DNA from: Tetramitus jugosus
Lineage: Eukaryota; Protista; Heterolobosea
Assembly: GCA_937625935.1 (NCBI GenBank)
Contig: OW569367.1
Span: 124,001 to 188,000 of the forward strand
Direction of reading: 5' to 3'
DNA length: 64,000 nucleotides
The translations under genes were made by a program, and so were the position numbers. This document shows positions 21,530 to 32,045 of the stretch, one piece after another (positions within the stretch are counted from its first letter, which is position 1; each line of letters opens with the position of its first letter). The notes under the pieces are model-generated. The model worked only from the letters and a program-made list of their open reading frames with translations, was not told the DNA's origin and did no database searches.

Positions 21530-23944
21530 ATGCCCAAAATCAAAGCCATCATCTATGCAGAGTTTCACAATGTCGGTGGTGCACGCATCGAATACCAATA
21601 CCCATACAACACCATATCCAATCAAATGCTCAACTCTTGTCAACACTATGTCATTCCCAAACTACCATTCAGTGATAAGCTCATCTCATTCATTCATGAA
21701 CAACACTTGTTCATGGGTGTGTTTCAACGCATAGAGAATACAAAGTACGATCGAAATGCTCTCATGTTCAATTTGATGTTGGTGTTTGATCATGTCAAGG
21801 ATCATCATCATCATCACCACCATCACCACCATCATCACCATCATCATCACAGCAATAGTCGCAATCAAAGCAATGATAATCATAAGAGCAATAACAATAA
21901 TGATGATGATGATACGACGATTGACAAGAATCATTTTGATGGTGTAGTAGAAACGACAATCACCACGACTCATCATGAGGATTGTGATTTATCATCTACT
22001 ACTTCTTCATCATCATCATCCACAACATCATCATCATCATCGACACTACTATTACTTGGTGAACAACAAGAACAAGAACAAGAACAACAAGAACATGAAA
22101 ATGATTCACATGAACAACAACATCAAGTGAAACAACAACAACAAGAAGACTATGAATACAATTATCTAGTGGATCACTATAGACCAGTGGTGCGCAAACT
22201 GGCACTCTTGTTGCGCTCACTCGAACTAGAATCACAATTCCTATCTTCCATCAACACTCGTTCACAACTCTCTCACATTCTCAAGACGATTTACACTGAT
22301 TTGAATCATCGTGGAGAAACATGCATACCAGTGGATGATGCTCACTCGATACACATCAAAGTAGCACCTCGATTCATGGATCCACCTATTATTCACTCTC
22401 ATGATGTACCTGTTCCCATCACTACCACCACTCATACTACCACCACCCATACTACTACTCATATTCATAACAATAACAATAATAACAATAATAATACTAA
22501 TAATAATAATAATTTGAGTGATTTGATTGATACAGAGTGGGATTTGACACAACAACAGATTGCACCATACATCAATGGAGTACACTATGTGAAACAGATT
22601 GCTCTCATGTCCAATGTTCACTTGGAATTGGTTCAAATGTGTTTGCGCAATCTGTGTTACATGAACTGTGTTCGAATGATTGACATATTCCAGTACAGTA
22701 ACATGTATTGTCTAAAGTCACGTGATGCACTGTTGAGTTTGTTTGGTGATGTGAGTGCAAGAGAACAGTGCATGTCCTATGTTGTTCTCTCATCATCTCT
22801 ATCATCATCATCAAATTTGAGTAGTAGTCATAGTAATAGTAGTACGGGTACTCCCACTCATACAACTACTACCACTACTACTGCTACTACTACCGCTGCT
22901 ACTACTGCTGCTACATCATCAACACTAATCAACAATGGTACACCAGCAGCTGTTCCATTCACCATCAATAATAATAAGAGTAGCAGTAGTGTGAATAATA
23001 GTAGTAATAGCAGCAGTGCGAGTAATCAAACAACAAATACTAATAATAGTAGTAACAGTGGTAACAGTGGTAACAGTAGTAGTAGTAGTAGTAATAGTAA
23101 TAGTAGTAATAGTATGAATAGTAGTACTAATACAATGATGACTAGTGTGACATTCTCTGATATAGCTCGCTTGTATTGTAGTATGAGACCAGGTGTGAGA
23201 TTGAGTGAGATATTGTTGATGAATCCAATGATATCCAATCAGATCAATGCACGTTGTTTGATATCGTTTGGACTGGTGAATGGATTCTTGAGAAGAGTGC
23301 ATGAATATCCCATGGTTTATCATCATCATGATCACTACTATTCTCATCATCAGTATCATCATCATTCTTATCAAACCATGATGATGACGATGAATACAAC
23401 AAGTGCAACAACCACAACGACAACTCCACCATCTCCACCTCCACCAACATCATCTACAATTGGTGGTGGTGGTGGTGGTGGTAGTGCTACTCACACGATG
23501 ATGGCAATGATGGACATGACATTGAAAGAACAAGAAGCACAGGAACAACTGAATGATAACACTGTCATGATGAACAACAAGGAAGAACAAGAAGAACAAG
23601 AGCAAGAGGATATTGACGATGATGACGATGATTTTGATGATGGTGAAGATGATGATGATATGGTTGATGATGAAGATGAGGGTGAAGATGAAGATGGAGG
23701 TGAATCAACAATACAGGATGGCGATGCAACTGCTCAACCACATGACACGAACGACAGTGGTCATCCACAACAACAACAACAACAAAGAGAAAAACAACAA
23801 CATCATTTGTTGTTGCCTCAATTGATGCCATGGTTGAATGGAGAGCATTCACAGGATGAAATCTGTTGTCATTTCAACATTTCTCGAAACCAGTTACTAC
23901 GGTTGTTGGAACAAATTGAAAATGCTCACATTGTCTATCGATAA
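21530..23944 (+). CDS. NPRL2: GATOR1 subunit NPRL2 with large low-complexity insertions
   Basis: IKAIIYAEFHNVGGARIEYQYP, KYDRNALMFN, LELESQFLS, WDLTQQQIAPYINGV, DIFQYSNMY and LNGEHSQDEICC. ATG at 21530. Confidence 0.9.
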   Translation: MPKIKAIIYAEFHNVGGARIEYQYPYNTISNQMLNSCQHYVIPKLPFSDKLISFIHEQHLFMGVFQRIENTKYDRNALMFNLMLVFDHVKDHHHHHHHHHHHHHHHHSNSRNQSNDNHKSNNNNDDDDTTIDKNHFDGVVETTITTTHHEDCDLSSTTSSSSSSTTSSSSSTLLLLGEQQEQEQEQQEHENDSHEQQHQVKQQQQEDYEYNYLVDHYRPVVRKLALLLRSLELESQFLSSINTRSQLSHILKTIYTDLNHRGETCIPVDDAHSIHIKVAPRFMDPPIIHSHDVPVPITTTTHTTTTHTTTHIHNNNNNNNNNTNNNNNLSDLIDTEWDLTQQQIAPYINGVHYVKQIALMSNVHLELVQMCLRNLCYMNCVRMIDIFQYSNMYCLKSRDALLSLFGDVSAREQCMSYVVLSSSLSSSSNLSSSHSNSSTGTPTHTTTTTTTATTTAATTAATSSTLINNGTPAAVPFTINNNKSSSSVNNSSNSSSASNQTTNTNNSSNSGNSGNSSSSSSNSNSSNSMNSSTNTMMTSVTFSDIARLYCSMRPGVRLSEILLMNPMISNQINARCLISFGLVNGFLRRVHEYPMVYHHHDHYYSHHQYHHHSYQTMMMTMNTTSATTTTTTPPSPPPPTSSTIGGGGGGGSATHTMMAMMDMTLKEQEAQEQLNDNTVMMNNKEEQEEQEQEDIDDDDDDFDDGEDDDDMVDDEDEGEDEDGGESTIQDGDATAQPHDTNDSGHPQQQQQQREKQQHHLLLPQLMPWLNGEHSQDEICCHFNISRNQLLRLLEQIENAHIVYR
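21803..21850 (+). repeat. (CAT/CAC)16 poly-His tract in NPRL2
   Basis: Read directly from the sequence. Confidence 0.9.
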
Positions 23945-24048
23945 TGAGATGATTTTGGTGAATGAACAACCTTTTTTACCTCTTTATTACTATTGTTGTT
24001 CAAACGATAATCTCTCAACAACAATCTCTCTCTCTAGATAGAGCTCTA

Positions 24049-24519
24049 TCATTCATTCTCCTGCTGTGAAGATGATGATGACAATTGTCCAATGAGATAT
24101 CGATGCATCTCATCACGTGCCACTTGAGAATGCCTCACATTCTCAAACTCTCTTGTTGCATCCTTGTTCACTTCACTGACACCACCAAAGTCCAACAACA
24201 AGTCTGGACCACCTGGATGATCTTCCATGAATCGAGTCACATCATACACCATGCCATGAATCACTAACCAACATGATTGCTCAGAGTTGTGCACGGAAAT
24301 CTCACTTGTGTCAATCAAACCATTGTTCACACCTAGTTTGTATGTCTTTGTTGCACGAAGTGGTTTCACTTCACTTGCTGCCGTCTGTTGGTTGTTGTTG
24401 TTGGTTGGGGGGTGACGGTGATGTTGTTTATCTTCTGTAGTTGCCGTCGCATAATTGATCGGTTCTTGTGCTTGTTTGGGAGTAGCTCCGTCGCTGCATG
24501 AACTGCTATTTTGACCCAT
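24049..24519 (-). CDS. Cytochrome b5 domain protein without a C-terminal anchor; likely N-acylated
   Basis: HNSEQSCWLVIHGMVYDVTRFMEDHPGG and DATREFENVRHS heme motifs; MGQNSSSC N-terminus. Confidence 0.9.
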   Translation of the reverse strand: MGQNSSSCSDGATPKQAQEPINYATATTEDKQHHRHPPTNNNNQQTAASEVKPLRATKTYKLGVNNGLIDTSEISVHNSEQSCWLVIHGMVYDVTRFMEDHPGGPDLLLDFGGVSEVNKDATREFENVRHSQVARDEMHRYLIGQLSSSSSQQENE

Positions 24520-25069
24520 GATGTCAAATTAGTGATTGATACTATATATACCGGAAGTGATGATGTTCGGTGACAAAGATAATACTTGAAATGTTTTCTT
24601 TTTTTACTGATGGACTGTGATCCATTTGTGAATCTACGGCCGATTTAGGTGTCGAGATGATTGATGGATTCAACGACCCTCAAATATAATCTAAATTTAT
24701 TGAAATCAACCGCGTCCCATTCAAATCTGGTGACATTTGAAGGTGGGTAGGCCTGGATGGTTCGCTTCATTTGAGCTCTCTGCTGGAGATGGTAGCATAA
24801 CGTGGTAATTCTGGTATGGGAATTGTGAAGATAAAGATAATTAATCTGATTATAGCGAAGAGACGGGGGAAGTCAATGTCTGTTGTTGATGGGGGTCTTT
24901 GGGCGGAACGAGAGCTTTGCCCATCAACTCGCTGATATCATAAAAGGTTCACCAGACTTTCGACTTTGACAACAGCTTTTCGCAATCCCAAAGAAGAATA
25001 GAATCTCACAACACCAGAGCTTCAACACAACACCCTTAACATCTCTACAATACTACTGAGTATAGAACA

Positions 25070-26623
25070 ATGGTTATCGCCCACACAACTACTCCTTCGA
25101 CCAGCAGCAGCTTCAACTCTGGCAATACTCCTCTTCTGGCTGATGAGACAAGTCAGATGATGAACTGTGATGAAGATGGCTCAGGTGCCAGGTCTAACAA
25201 CCAGTCGCAACAACAGCAAGTACAGAAGAAAACACCTAGGAAACTTCGTCTGGCTGACGAGGAAGAAGAAATTATTAAACATATGGAGCAAATAGAGTTC
25301 AGAAAGGTTGTCGAACAACAATTGGCTCATATCAATGCTGAGGAATTGAGTCCATTGCCCGAGTGTTCCACATCTACAGCCTATCAACTATCCAACCAAG
25401 AGTGTCATCCCAATGAGAGACTCATGATGATAATGCTCCAATATCAGTCCTTTAGGAGCTATAATCAGTACAGTGAGGATGAAACGAAACAAAAGGAACA
25501 AGTTGAAAAGCAAAAGGCCAGTCGTTTCGAACTCATGAAGAAGAAGAGAGCCATTAGAAGAGAGAAGAGAAAGTGCTTCAAGCTTAGAAAGAGAGGTCTC
25601 GAGGAGATTCAATCCTCCAACTCGAACTCTTCCTCTACCTGTGACTCGGATCGTATGAATGCCATGATGATGATGGGAGTGGATGATGACGATGAATTTG
25701 ACTACCAGGATGATGAAGAGGGCAGTTTGGATGCAGATGAGATTGAAGGAGGAATGTTCAAGAGGCAAAGAAGCATGTCTGATGTTTCTTCCACAGATGG
25801 TAGCAATTATGCTTATTCATGCTATGGTGCACCTTCATCACCTTCTCACAAGATGGATGATGAAGAAGTAGATATCGGCTATCTGGATTCACTGCTCCCT
25901 TCTCCTATGACACACTTGCACCACTCATCGCTCTTCCCCCAGTCAACAACATCAAGTAACACAATGGTTGGAATACAACAAGAACCACCAATGATGTTCA
26001 ATCACATGAGCAGTGCCACACATCCTTCATCGATTATGACCTCTTCTTCTTCCGCAGCAGTTTCTCATCCATCCTTCTCCTCCTATCTTGCCAACAATAC
26101 GACGGTCAACAGCAATCACACTACCTTTTCGGATCAATTGTTTAACATGTCCAACAACGGAGGACATCACCATCAAATAATTGAGTCTTCAGATCCAATG
26201 ACCACTACCACTACTACATCTACGCTCATTGCAACTTCACATCACTTGAACAACCATGTCAACCACCACCATTATCACTCCTCCTCCTCCTCTCAACAAC
26301 AACCATCGTCATCTGACAATTCGTCATCTATCATGAATCAACTGCACAGTTCAAACACTTCCCGATTCACTCCTTCCCATCTCCACAGCGCATCTCAATA
26401 CAACAATGAGATTCCATCCCATCAACACCCACTCCAAACGACCACAACTGCCAATCCAATCAATCATACATCAACAGATTCTCAACACCATATGATTTAC
26501 GCGACTCCATCTCTCCAACAACAACAACAACAACAATCACATGTCGTTGTCATGAACCATCATGCCATACATCCAACAACATTCGCCACCTCCCTGAGTG
26601 CGATGCAAGCAAATAGTTACTAG
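25070..26623 (+). CDS. Hypothetical protein with a basic helical segment and S/H/Q-rich C-terminus; possible nuclear regulator
   Basis: 517-aa ORF preceded by a CA-rich leader; KKKRAIRREKRK basic patch; no family recognised. Confidence 0.65.
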   Translation: MVIAHTTTPSTSSSFNSGNTPLLADETSQMMNCDEDGSGARSNNQSQQQQVQKKTPRKLRLADEEEEIIKHMEQIEFRKVVEQQLAHINAEELSPLPECSTSTAYQLSNQECHPNERLMMIMLQYQSFRSYNQYSEDETKQKEQVEKQKASRFELMKKKRAIRREKRKCFKLRKRGLEEIQSSNSNSSSTCDSDRMNAMMMMGVDDDDEFDYQDDEEGSLDADEIEGGMFKRQRSMSDVSSTDGSNYAYSCYGAPSSPSHKMDDEEVDIGYLDSLLPSPMTHLHHSSLFPQSTTSSNTMVGIQQEPPMMFNHMSSATHPSSIMTSSSSAAVSHPSFSSYLANNTTVNSNHTTFSDQLFNMSNNGGHHHQIIESSDPMTTTTTTSTLIATSHHLNNHVNHHHYHSSSSSQQQPSSSDNSSSIMNQLHSSNTSRFTPSHLHSASQYNNEIPSHQHPLQTTTTANPINHTSTDSQHHMIYATPSLQQQQQQQSHVVVMNHHAIHPTTFATSLSAMQANSY

Positions 26624-26867
26624 GATTGCCATGCATCCGGATCACCCATCAAGTACAGTAGTGGTAGGTTCCATTGGACGAATCAAGAGGACAATGGTTG
26701 AGTCGTACTGCCCTTCTCTCCTCCATAGTTTTCAGTTTTTTTTTTGCCAAGTCAAACAGTTGGCAATTGTAAATAAAACAACGATCTTTGTTTTTTTCCC
26801 GAATCCAATCATCTGTAGGATCTTACAGAGAGAGAACAAACCCCCACACAACAATCACAACCATGAC

Positions 26868-27584
26868 ATGACGACGATGACGACGATGATGAATGTGAAT
26901 TCACAACAACAACAACAACAACACCACCATCCATTATTCTCTTTCTTTGCGAAACAAAAGAGAAATCATGAAGTGGATTCTCACTTTTTCCAACAGGGAA
27001 ACATGCAACATGACACGTATACAAAATCAACCACCACCACTAGCGCAGTTGCCATCAACAACAATTCTTCCAAGCAATGGACAAGAAATCATCATTATCA
27101 TCACCACCAAGACGATGATGAGCAGTGGTACACTTGTGAACAGTGCAATCATCAATTCCCCACCAATCATTACTTGGATGTGCACATTGAAGAGACACAT
27201 GATCCATTCTTTGATTTGAAACGATTGAAACTGTTACAACAACAACAACAACAACAACAACAACAGCAACAACAAGAAATGAAGAGTGATCATCATAATG
27301 ATACGATGCCGCTACTCTATCAATGTTATGTACCATCATGTGCCATGAGATTCCACTCGACTCAACACAGATTCAATCACATGCACAACATTCATGCCTG
27401 TCCCAAGAATTACCCTCTGTCTTTCACTCCTATTCACAATAAGAAGAAGAGCAATAAGAAGAAGAGGAACATGGAGTTCAAGCAAAAGAAGAAGAAGAAG
27501 AATAGAGGAGATGTGATGTCATCTTCATCACTCATCATCAATGAGAGTGTTGATCATGATCGGATGCATGATGATGAATCATAA
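26868..27584 (+). CDS. ZNF511-like C2H2 zinc-finger protein
   Basis: CEQCNHQFPTNHYLDVHIEETHDPFF and YQCYVPSCAMRF...HMHNIH follow the ZNF511 finger pair. Likely ATG at 26868. Confidence 0.75.
   Translation: MTTMTTMMNVNSQQQQQQHHHPLFSFFAKQKRNHEVDSHFFQQGNMQHDTYTKSTTTTSAVAINNNSSKQWTRNHHYHHHQDDDEQWYTCEQCNHQFPTNHYLDVHIEETHDPFFDLKRLKLLQQQQQQQQQQQQQEMKSDHHNDTMPLLYQCYVPSCAMRFHSTQHRFNHMHNIHACPKNYPLSFTPIHNKKKSNKKKRNMEFKQKKKKKNRGDVMSSSSLIINESVDHDRMHDDES
27237..27275 (+). repeat. Poly-Gln tract (13 codons, mostly CAA) between the two zinc fingers
   Basis: Read directly from the sequence. Confidence 0.9.
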
Positions 27585-27680
27585 GAATTGATTGAGTTCA
27601 CACTGCTCGCATTATTATTATTTATGATAAACTCTTGTCATCATGCAAATAGTATCACGAGTAAAAATGTGAGTTTATAT

Positions 27681-27935
27681 TCACTTTGTCTCGCTATTCT
27701 TCTCATTCCTGGAGTTTTTGATTTCTTTTAATGCCTCAATCATGGCACGATCCTTCTTTACTACTCGCGCATTCTTCTTCTCGAGATCCTCCCAGCATTG
27801 TTTCATGAGAGCCACCTTGTCCCTGCACTCCCACCAATTTCCCTTCTTTTCATCCATGCACATGTCCATATTCCAATACGTTTGAGCACATGGATGATTC
27901 AATTCAGCAATTCGTTGTTCGATTGTTTTCTCCAT
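27681..27935 (-). CDS. Twin CX9C mitochondrial intermembrane-space protein, COA4-like
   Basis: C-AQTYWNMDM-C and C-RDKVALMKQ-CWE; NWWEC resembles the DWRQC of COA4. Confidence 0.75.
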   Translation of the reverse strand: MEKTIEQRIAELNHPCAQTYWNMDMCMDEKKGNWWECRDKVALMKQCWEDLEKKNARVVKKDRAMIEALKEIKNSRNEKNSETK

Positions 27936-28555
27936 TTTGTTTTTGTTTCGTTTTGGCCTGCCGGCAAAACTCAGGAGAAGAGTATCTCTACGTTTGGGGT
28001 AGGGTTGATGGATTCAGAATCAACAGCTTGTTGGTAGCGTAATTCTCGAAGACACACAAGACCTAGGTTTCTCGACATCCAAACATGTAAATTTAATTGT
28101 TAATAGTAAAACATGAATTATTATAAATTTGAATGAATACTAAAATATTTCTTAAACATAATTTATACGATATTTCTTCAATTTTACACACTGATCAATT
28201 AATATTTACTCTGTTTTTATTAATTTCTTTATACACCATTACTGAACAGTTAGCTCATCCTTTACAGAACATTTTACTTGGATACCATAGGACGATTGAT
28301 CCGGCTTGAGAGTTAGTGCGCCAGGACTGCTCTGGAGCAACTTCTAGGCTACTCATGAAAAAGATTCTCAAAGCTGATCCTTTCGCCCACAACAAGCTCG
28401 ATTGGAGTAAGATATGCAATCTTTGTCCCCTTCAAAACCATCATTCATTACGATCAGCAACTCCGTACAGTAGTACAAACACCAAGTCTGAAGATTGTCA
28501 TTATGCAATACATAATGTTGGTTTGGCGGGTCTCGGAGTATAGTGGAAGAGCCAA

Positions 28556-31500
28556 ATGGAATTCCTTTTCGGGGAGCAAAAAAACACTCATCACCAAAAC
28601 AAAGCCACGCAACAACAAAGAATGAGATTTAAAATATCGAGGTCAGTTTCTATGGATTTCCATCGTTCATCATCAAATGACTCTTCTCAAGACTCATCTG
28701 CTGCCGTCACCACCACAACCACAACAACCACCTCCAAAAAAAGCGGACGTAGTAATAGCAATAGCAGCAGTAGTGCTCAGAACAACAATATGATTAGTTA
28801 TCAATCATTGTCAGAGAATGTCATTCTACACATCTTGTCCTATGTAGAACTGTTTGTTGAATATGATTTTCTTGTTTTGTTGTCTCAAAAGATTCGTCGC
28901 AACAATCGAAAGAAACAATCCATATTGTATCAGTACATTGCGAATCGAAGACGTCGAAAACAATCACTCAAGACCAGTAGTAGTGCTAGTAGTAGTGCTA
29001 GTAGTAGTAGTATTACTTCTTCATCACTACCACCCATCATACCTCTTGCATCATCATCATCATCATCATCAGATGGTTATAGCAATGATGTTGTTATTGT
29101 TGTAGATGACAATGTAAATAGTAGTGTGAATAGTAGTAATCATCATAATCATAATCATAATAGTAGTAGTAGTAGTAGTAGTAGTAATAATAGTAATAAT
29201 AGTGGTGTGAAGAATAGTCATGATAATAGTGATGATGATCAAATGACATTGAACAAGCATGCCATTCGTTATCTGTATGGCAGAATCAAGAAACAATCCA
29301 TTCCAACTCTACTGTTCCACTCCTATATATTGAGCAATGGTTCCTATGATTCTCACATTGATCAACTCCAATACTATCACACATTGTATGAGGAAGATGA
29401 TGTATCATTGCTCCATCATCATAGTAACAATAACAGTAACAATAACAGTAACAATAACAGTAATAATAGTAACAGTAATAATAGTAACAGTAATAGTAAC
29501 AGTAGTCCAACTGCTACAACTACACTTGTGAACAACAACAAGAACACATCGAGATACAATCATATTGCCAACATTAGGAACTGCAGTACCACAAGTCTTC
29601 ATCATCAACATCATTATATTCATCAGAATCACAATAATAGTAATGGCAATAACAATAATAGTCATCATATTCATTTTTTGAGACAACCAGCCATGAGTAT
29701 TGATCTACAGAGGGCTCACATTGCCAAACAAGCATCCATCTCATCCTCAACATCAACATCATCATTATCATCTCTATCCACATTCATCAATAACAATAAT
29801 AACAATAACAATAACAACAAGACTAATAGTAGTAGTAGCAATGATTCCGAGTGTCATTCACCACTCAAGGTTGACAACATGATTGTAGTGAATGATGAAT
29901 TGATACAGGCATTGATACCATTTTCATCCATATCATCAGTTTCACCATCATCATCACGACAGCTACTACAACTGCATTCACTCACATTTATTCATTGTCA
30001 AATTAGTGATTCCATGATTCGATTACTGTTCAAATATCATCAACCATCTATTCAATTGTCATGCATTGACTGTCCCATGATATCTCTCGATTTCAATCCT
30101 ACTACTACTACTACTACTACTACTAACAGTAATAGTTATAGTAGTAATGGTCGTAGTAATAGTGTACGAGAATTGGATTTATCACGTACAAATATTACAC
30201 TGGAATCATTGATACCACACTTGCAAAGCTTGAGACAACTCAAGTGTCTGATATTGAATGATTTGTCATGTGAACGATTTGATCACTCTGATGGCAGTCA
30301 TCTCATGCAAACATTCCATGACACACTGCAGCATCATTTGCCTCAGTTGATGATGATTAGTCTGGACAACAATGAAATGAGTAGTCAAAACATTCAACAA
30401 GTATTGTTGAACAGTCATGTGCATGTGATCCATTTCACTCGAATGAACACGAGTCCACTGTGTCTCACATCTACTAGTACTGCTATTATTACTGCTACTA
30501 ATCATAGCAATCATATTATCAAGGATGCGGATGGTAACAATTTGAACAAGACTACTCAAATGTTGTTAACATCACCACCAGCACCAGCACAGACTCTCTC
30601 GTCATTGGTACAACAGAGTCATTTGATTGAATTGAATCTATCGGACAATTGGTCATCATTTGGGCACAAGAAGCACGTTTATCAGAATGTAGAATGGATA
30701 TGTGATCACTTGATTCATTTGCGCAAATTGAATCTCAATCGATGCAACATTAACAATGCCTGTGCTCAACTGTTGTTGTCTGATCGAAAGCCCATTCATG
30801 AGTCGTTGACATTTTTGGATTTGTCTCAGAATTCGATTGACATGTCCTGCTTCTCTCTCTATTCCATTCCCACTACGGCTGATTCCACAGCTATGAGCAA
30901 TGGCGGCAGTATCAATAGTCATGTGAACTCCAATAACAGTAAGGTTATTATGGAACACAATGCATTGGATCAGTTTGTGAACAACACTCGTATCAAGACT
31001 CTGCTCCTCTCCTACAATCACATTGGGGACGTTGGTGCCTATTACCTCTCATTGAACAACCATGTATCGTGCCTCTATCTCAACAAGTGTTACATTACTG
31101 ACAAGGGATGTCTCTATCTGTTGAACAAGCCCAACATTGCTCGTATTCATCTCAGAAAGAACAATGTGAGTGATCAGGCACTCATTCAGTTGTCACAATC
31201 ATGTGTTGCTACACCTACGATGACTACGAATACTGCTACTACTACTGCCAACAGTTCTGTCATTCGTACGATGACAACCAACAGTGCACAACAACAACAA
31301 CAACAACCATATCGACATCAGAGACTACCACTGCGCATGCTTGACCTGGGCTACAATCCCAACATTTCATTCAAGGGTACCAATCAATTGATTCGTCAGA
31401 CTGGACTCACATTCCTATCTCTGAGAGGCATCCAGATTGGAAACAGAGGAACATGCAGTCTATTCGCAATACCCAACCTGGTCGAACTCGATATTTCTCA

Positions 31501-31816
31501 TGTCAAGTTGCTAGCATGTGAAGAAGCATTCAAACTCCTAGGTCAATACTCTCGCATCACCAAACTGCACATCAAGGGATGTGCACTCAACAACAAGGGT
31601 GCTGCCATCCTACTGCACCAGTATCAACACTTGAAATGGGCAGATATGAGCAACAATGAGTTGAATGACGAGTTTGTGGCCATGTTCCGCAACCGGTCAA
31701 ACAAGAAGCACTTGACGTACTTGAATGTTGTGAACAATGCATTTTCGAGCTCGGGCATCAAGGAGTTGAAGAAGGAAGAACAAACAGTGCCCTTTTTGCA
31801 CTTGTTTGTTGCATGA
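28556..31816 (+). CDS. F-box-like / leucine-rich repeat protein
   Basis: YQSLSENVILHILSYV F-box-like start and many LRRs (LKWADMSNNEL, IKTLLLSYNHIGDVGA). The start could be at 28622. Confidence 0.75.
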   Translation: MEFLFGEQKNTHHQNKATQQQRMRFKISRSVSMDFHRSSSNDSSQDSSAAVTTTTTTTTSKKSGRSNSNSSSSAQNNNMISYQSLSENVILHILSYVELFVEYDFLVLLSQKIRRNNRKKQSILYQYIANRRRRKQSLKTSSSASSSASSSSITSSSLPPIIPLASSSSSSSDGYSNDVVIVVDDNVNSSVNSSNHHNHNHNSSSSSSSSNNSNNSGVKNSHDNSDDDQMTLNKHAIRYLYGRIKKQSIPTLLFHSYILSNGSYDSHIDQLQYYHTLYEEDDVSLLHHHSNNNSNNNSNNNSNNSNSNNSNSNSNSSPTATTTLVNNNKNTSRYNHIANIRNCSTTSLHHQHHYIHQNHNNSNGNNNNSHHIHFLRQPAMSIDLQRAHIAKQASISSSTSTSSLSSLSTFINNNNNNNNNNKTNSSSSNDSECHSPLKVDNMIVVNDELIQALIPFSSISSVSPSSSRQLLQLHSLTFIHCQISDSMIRLLFKYHQPSIQLSCIDCPMISLDFNPTTTTTTTTNSNSYSSNGRSNSVRELDLSRTNITLESLIPHLQSLRQLKCLILNDLSCERFDHSDGSHLMQTFHDTLQHHLPQLMMISLDNNEMSSQNIQQVLLNSHVHVIHFTRMNTSPLCLTSTSTAIITATNHSNHIIKDADGNNLNKTTQMLLTSPPAPAQTLSSLVQQSHLIELNLSDNWSSFGHKKHVYQNVEWICDHLIHLRKLNLNRCNINNACAQLLLSDRKPIHESLTFLDLSQNSIDMSCFSLYSIPTTADSTAMSNGGSINSHVNSNNSKVIMEHNALDQFVNNTRIKTLLLSYNHIGDVGAYYLSLNNHVSCLYLNKCYITDKGCLYLLNKPNIARIHLRKNNVSDQALIQLSQSCVATPTMTTNTATTTANSSVIRTMTTNSAQQQQQQPYRHQRLPLRMLDLGYNPNISFKGTNQLIRQTGLTFLSLRGIQIGNRGTCSLFAIPNLVELDISHVKLLACEEAFKLLGQYSRITKLHIKGCALNNKGAAILLHQYQHLKWADMSNNELNDEFVAMFRNRSNKKHLTYLNVVNNAFSSSGIKELKKEEQTVPFLHLFVA

Positions 31817-32045
31817 GAGAAGTTGTGTAATAAACGGGTCCTGATGACTCAGACTGGGTTGCTTATTATTATTATTCTTGATTCCCCACGCGATGAAGAA
31901 ACCAACACCATGAACTGAATACCCATCACCTGAAACTTGCACAGCCGCAAGATAAAAAAACCCAACAACAAAAACCAAACAAAAGAACCATCCATCCCCA
32001 CCCACCCGATCAATACACCAAACGACTACGTGAGAGAAACAAATC

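Noticed and set aside
21686-23852. Many Met/Val/Ile/Leu-rich small ORFs in low-complexity regions, here and elsewhere
   Set aside because: Alternative frames or antisense reads of trinucleotide repeats within real genes.
24802-24812. GTGGTAATTCT, identical to a conserved 18S rRNA stretch (possible C/D snoRNA guide on the minus strand)
   Set aside because: No adjacent CUGA D/D' box, and an 11-nt rRNA match is plausible by chance in 64 kb.
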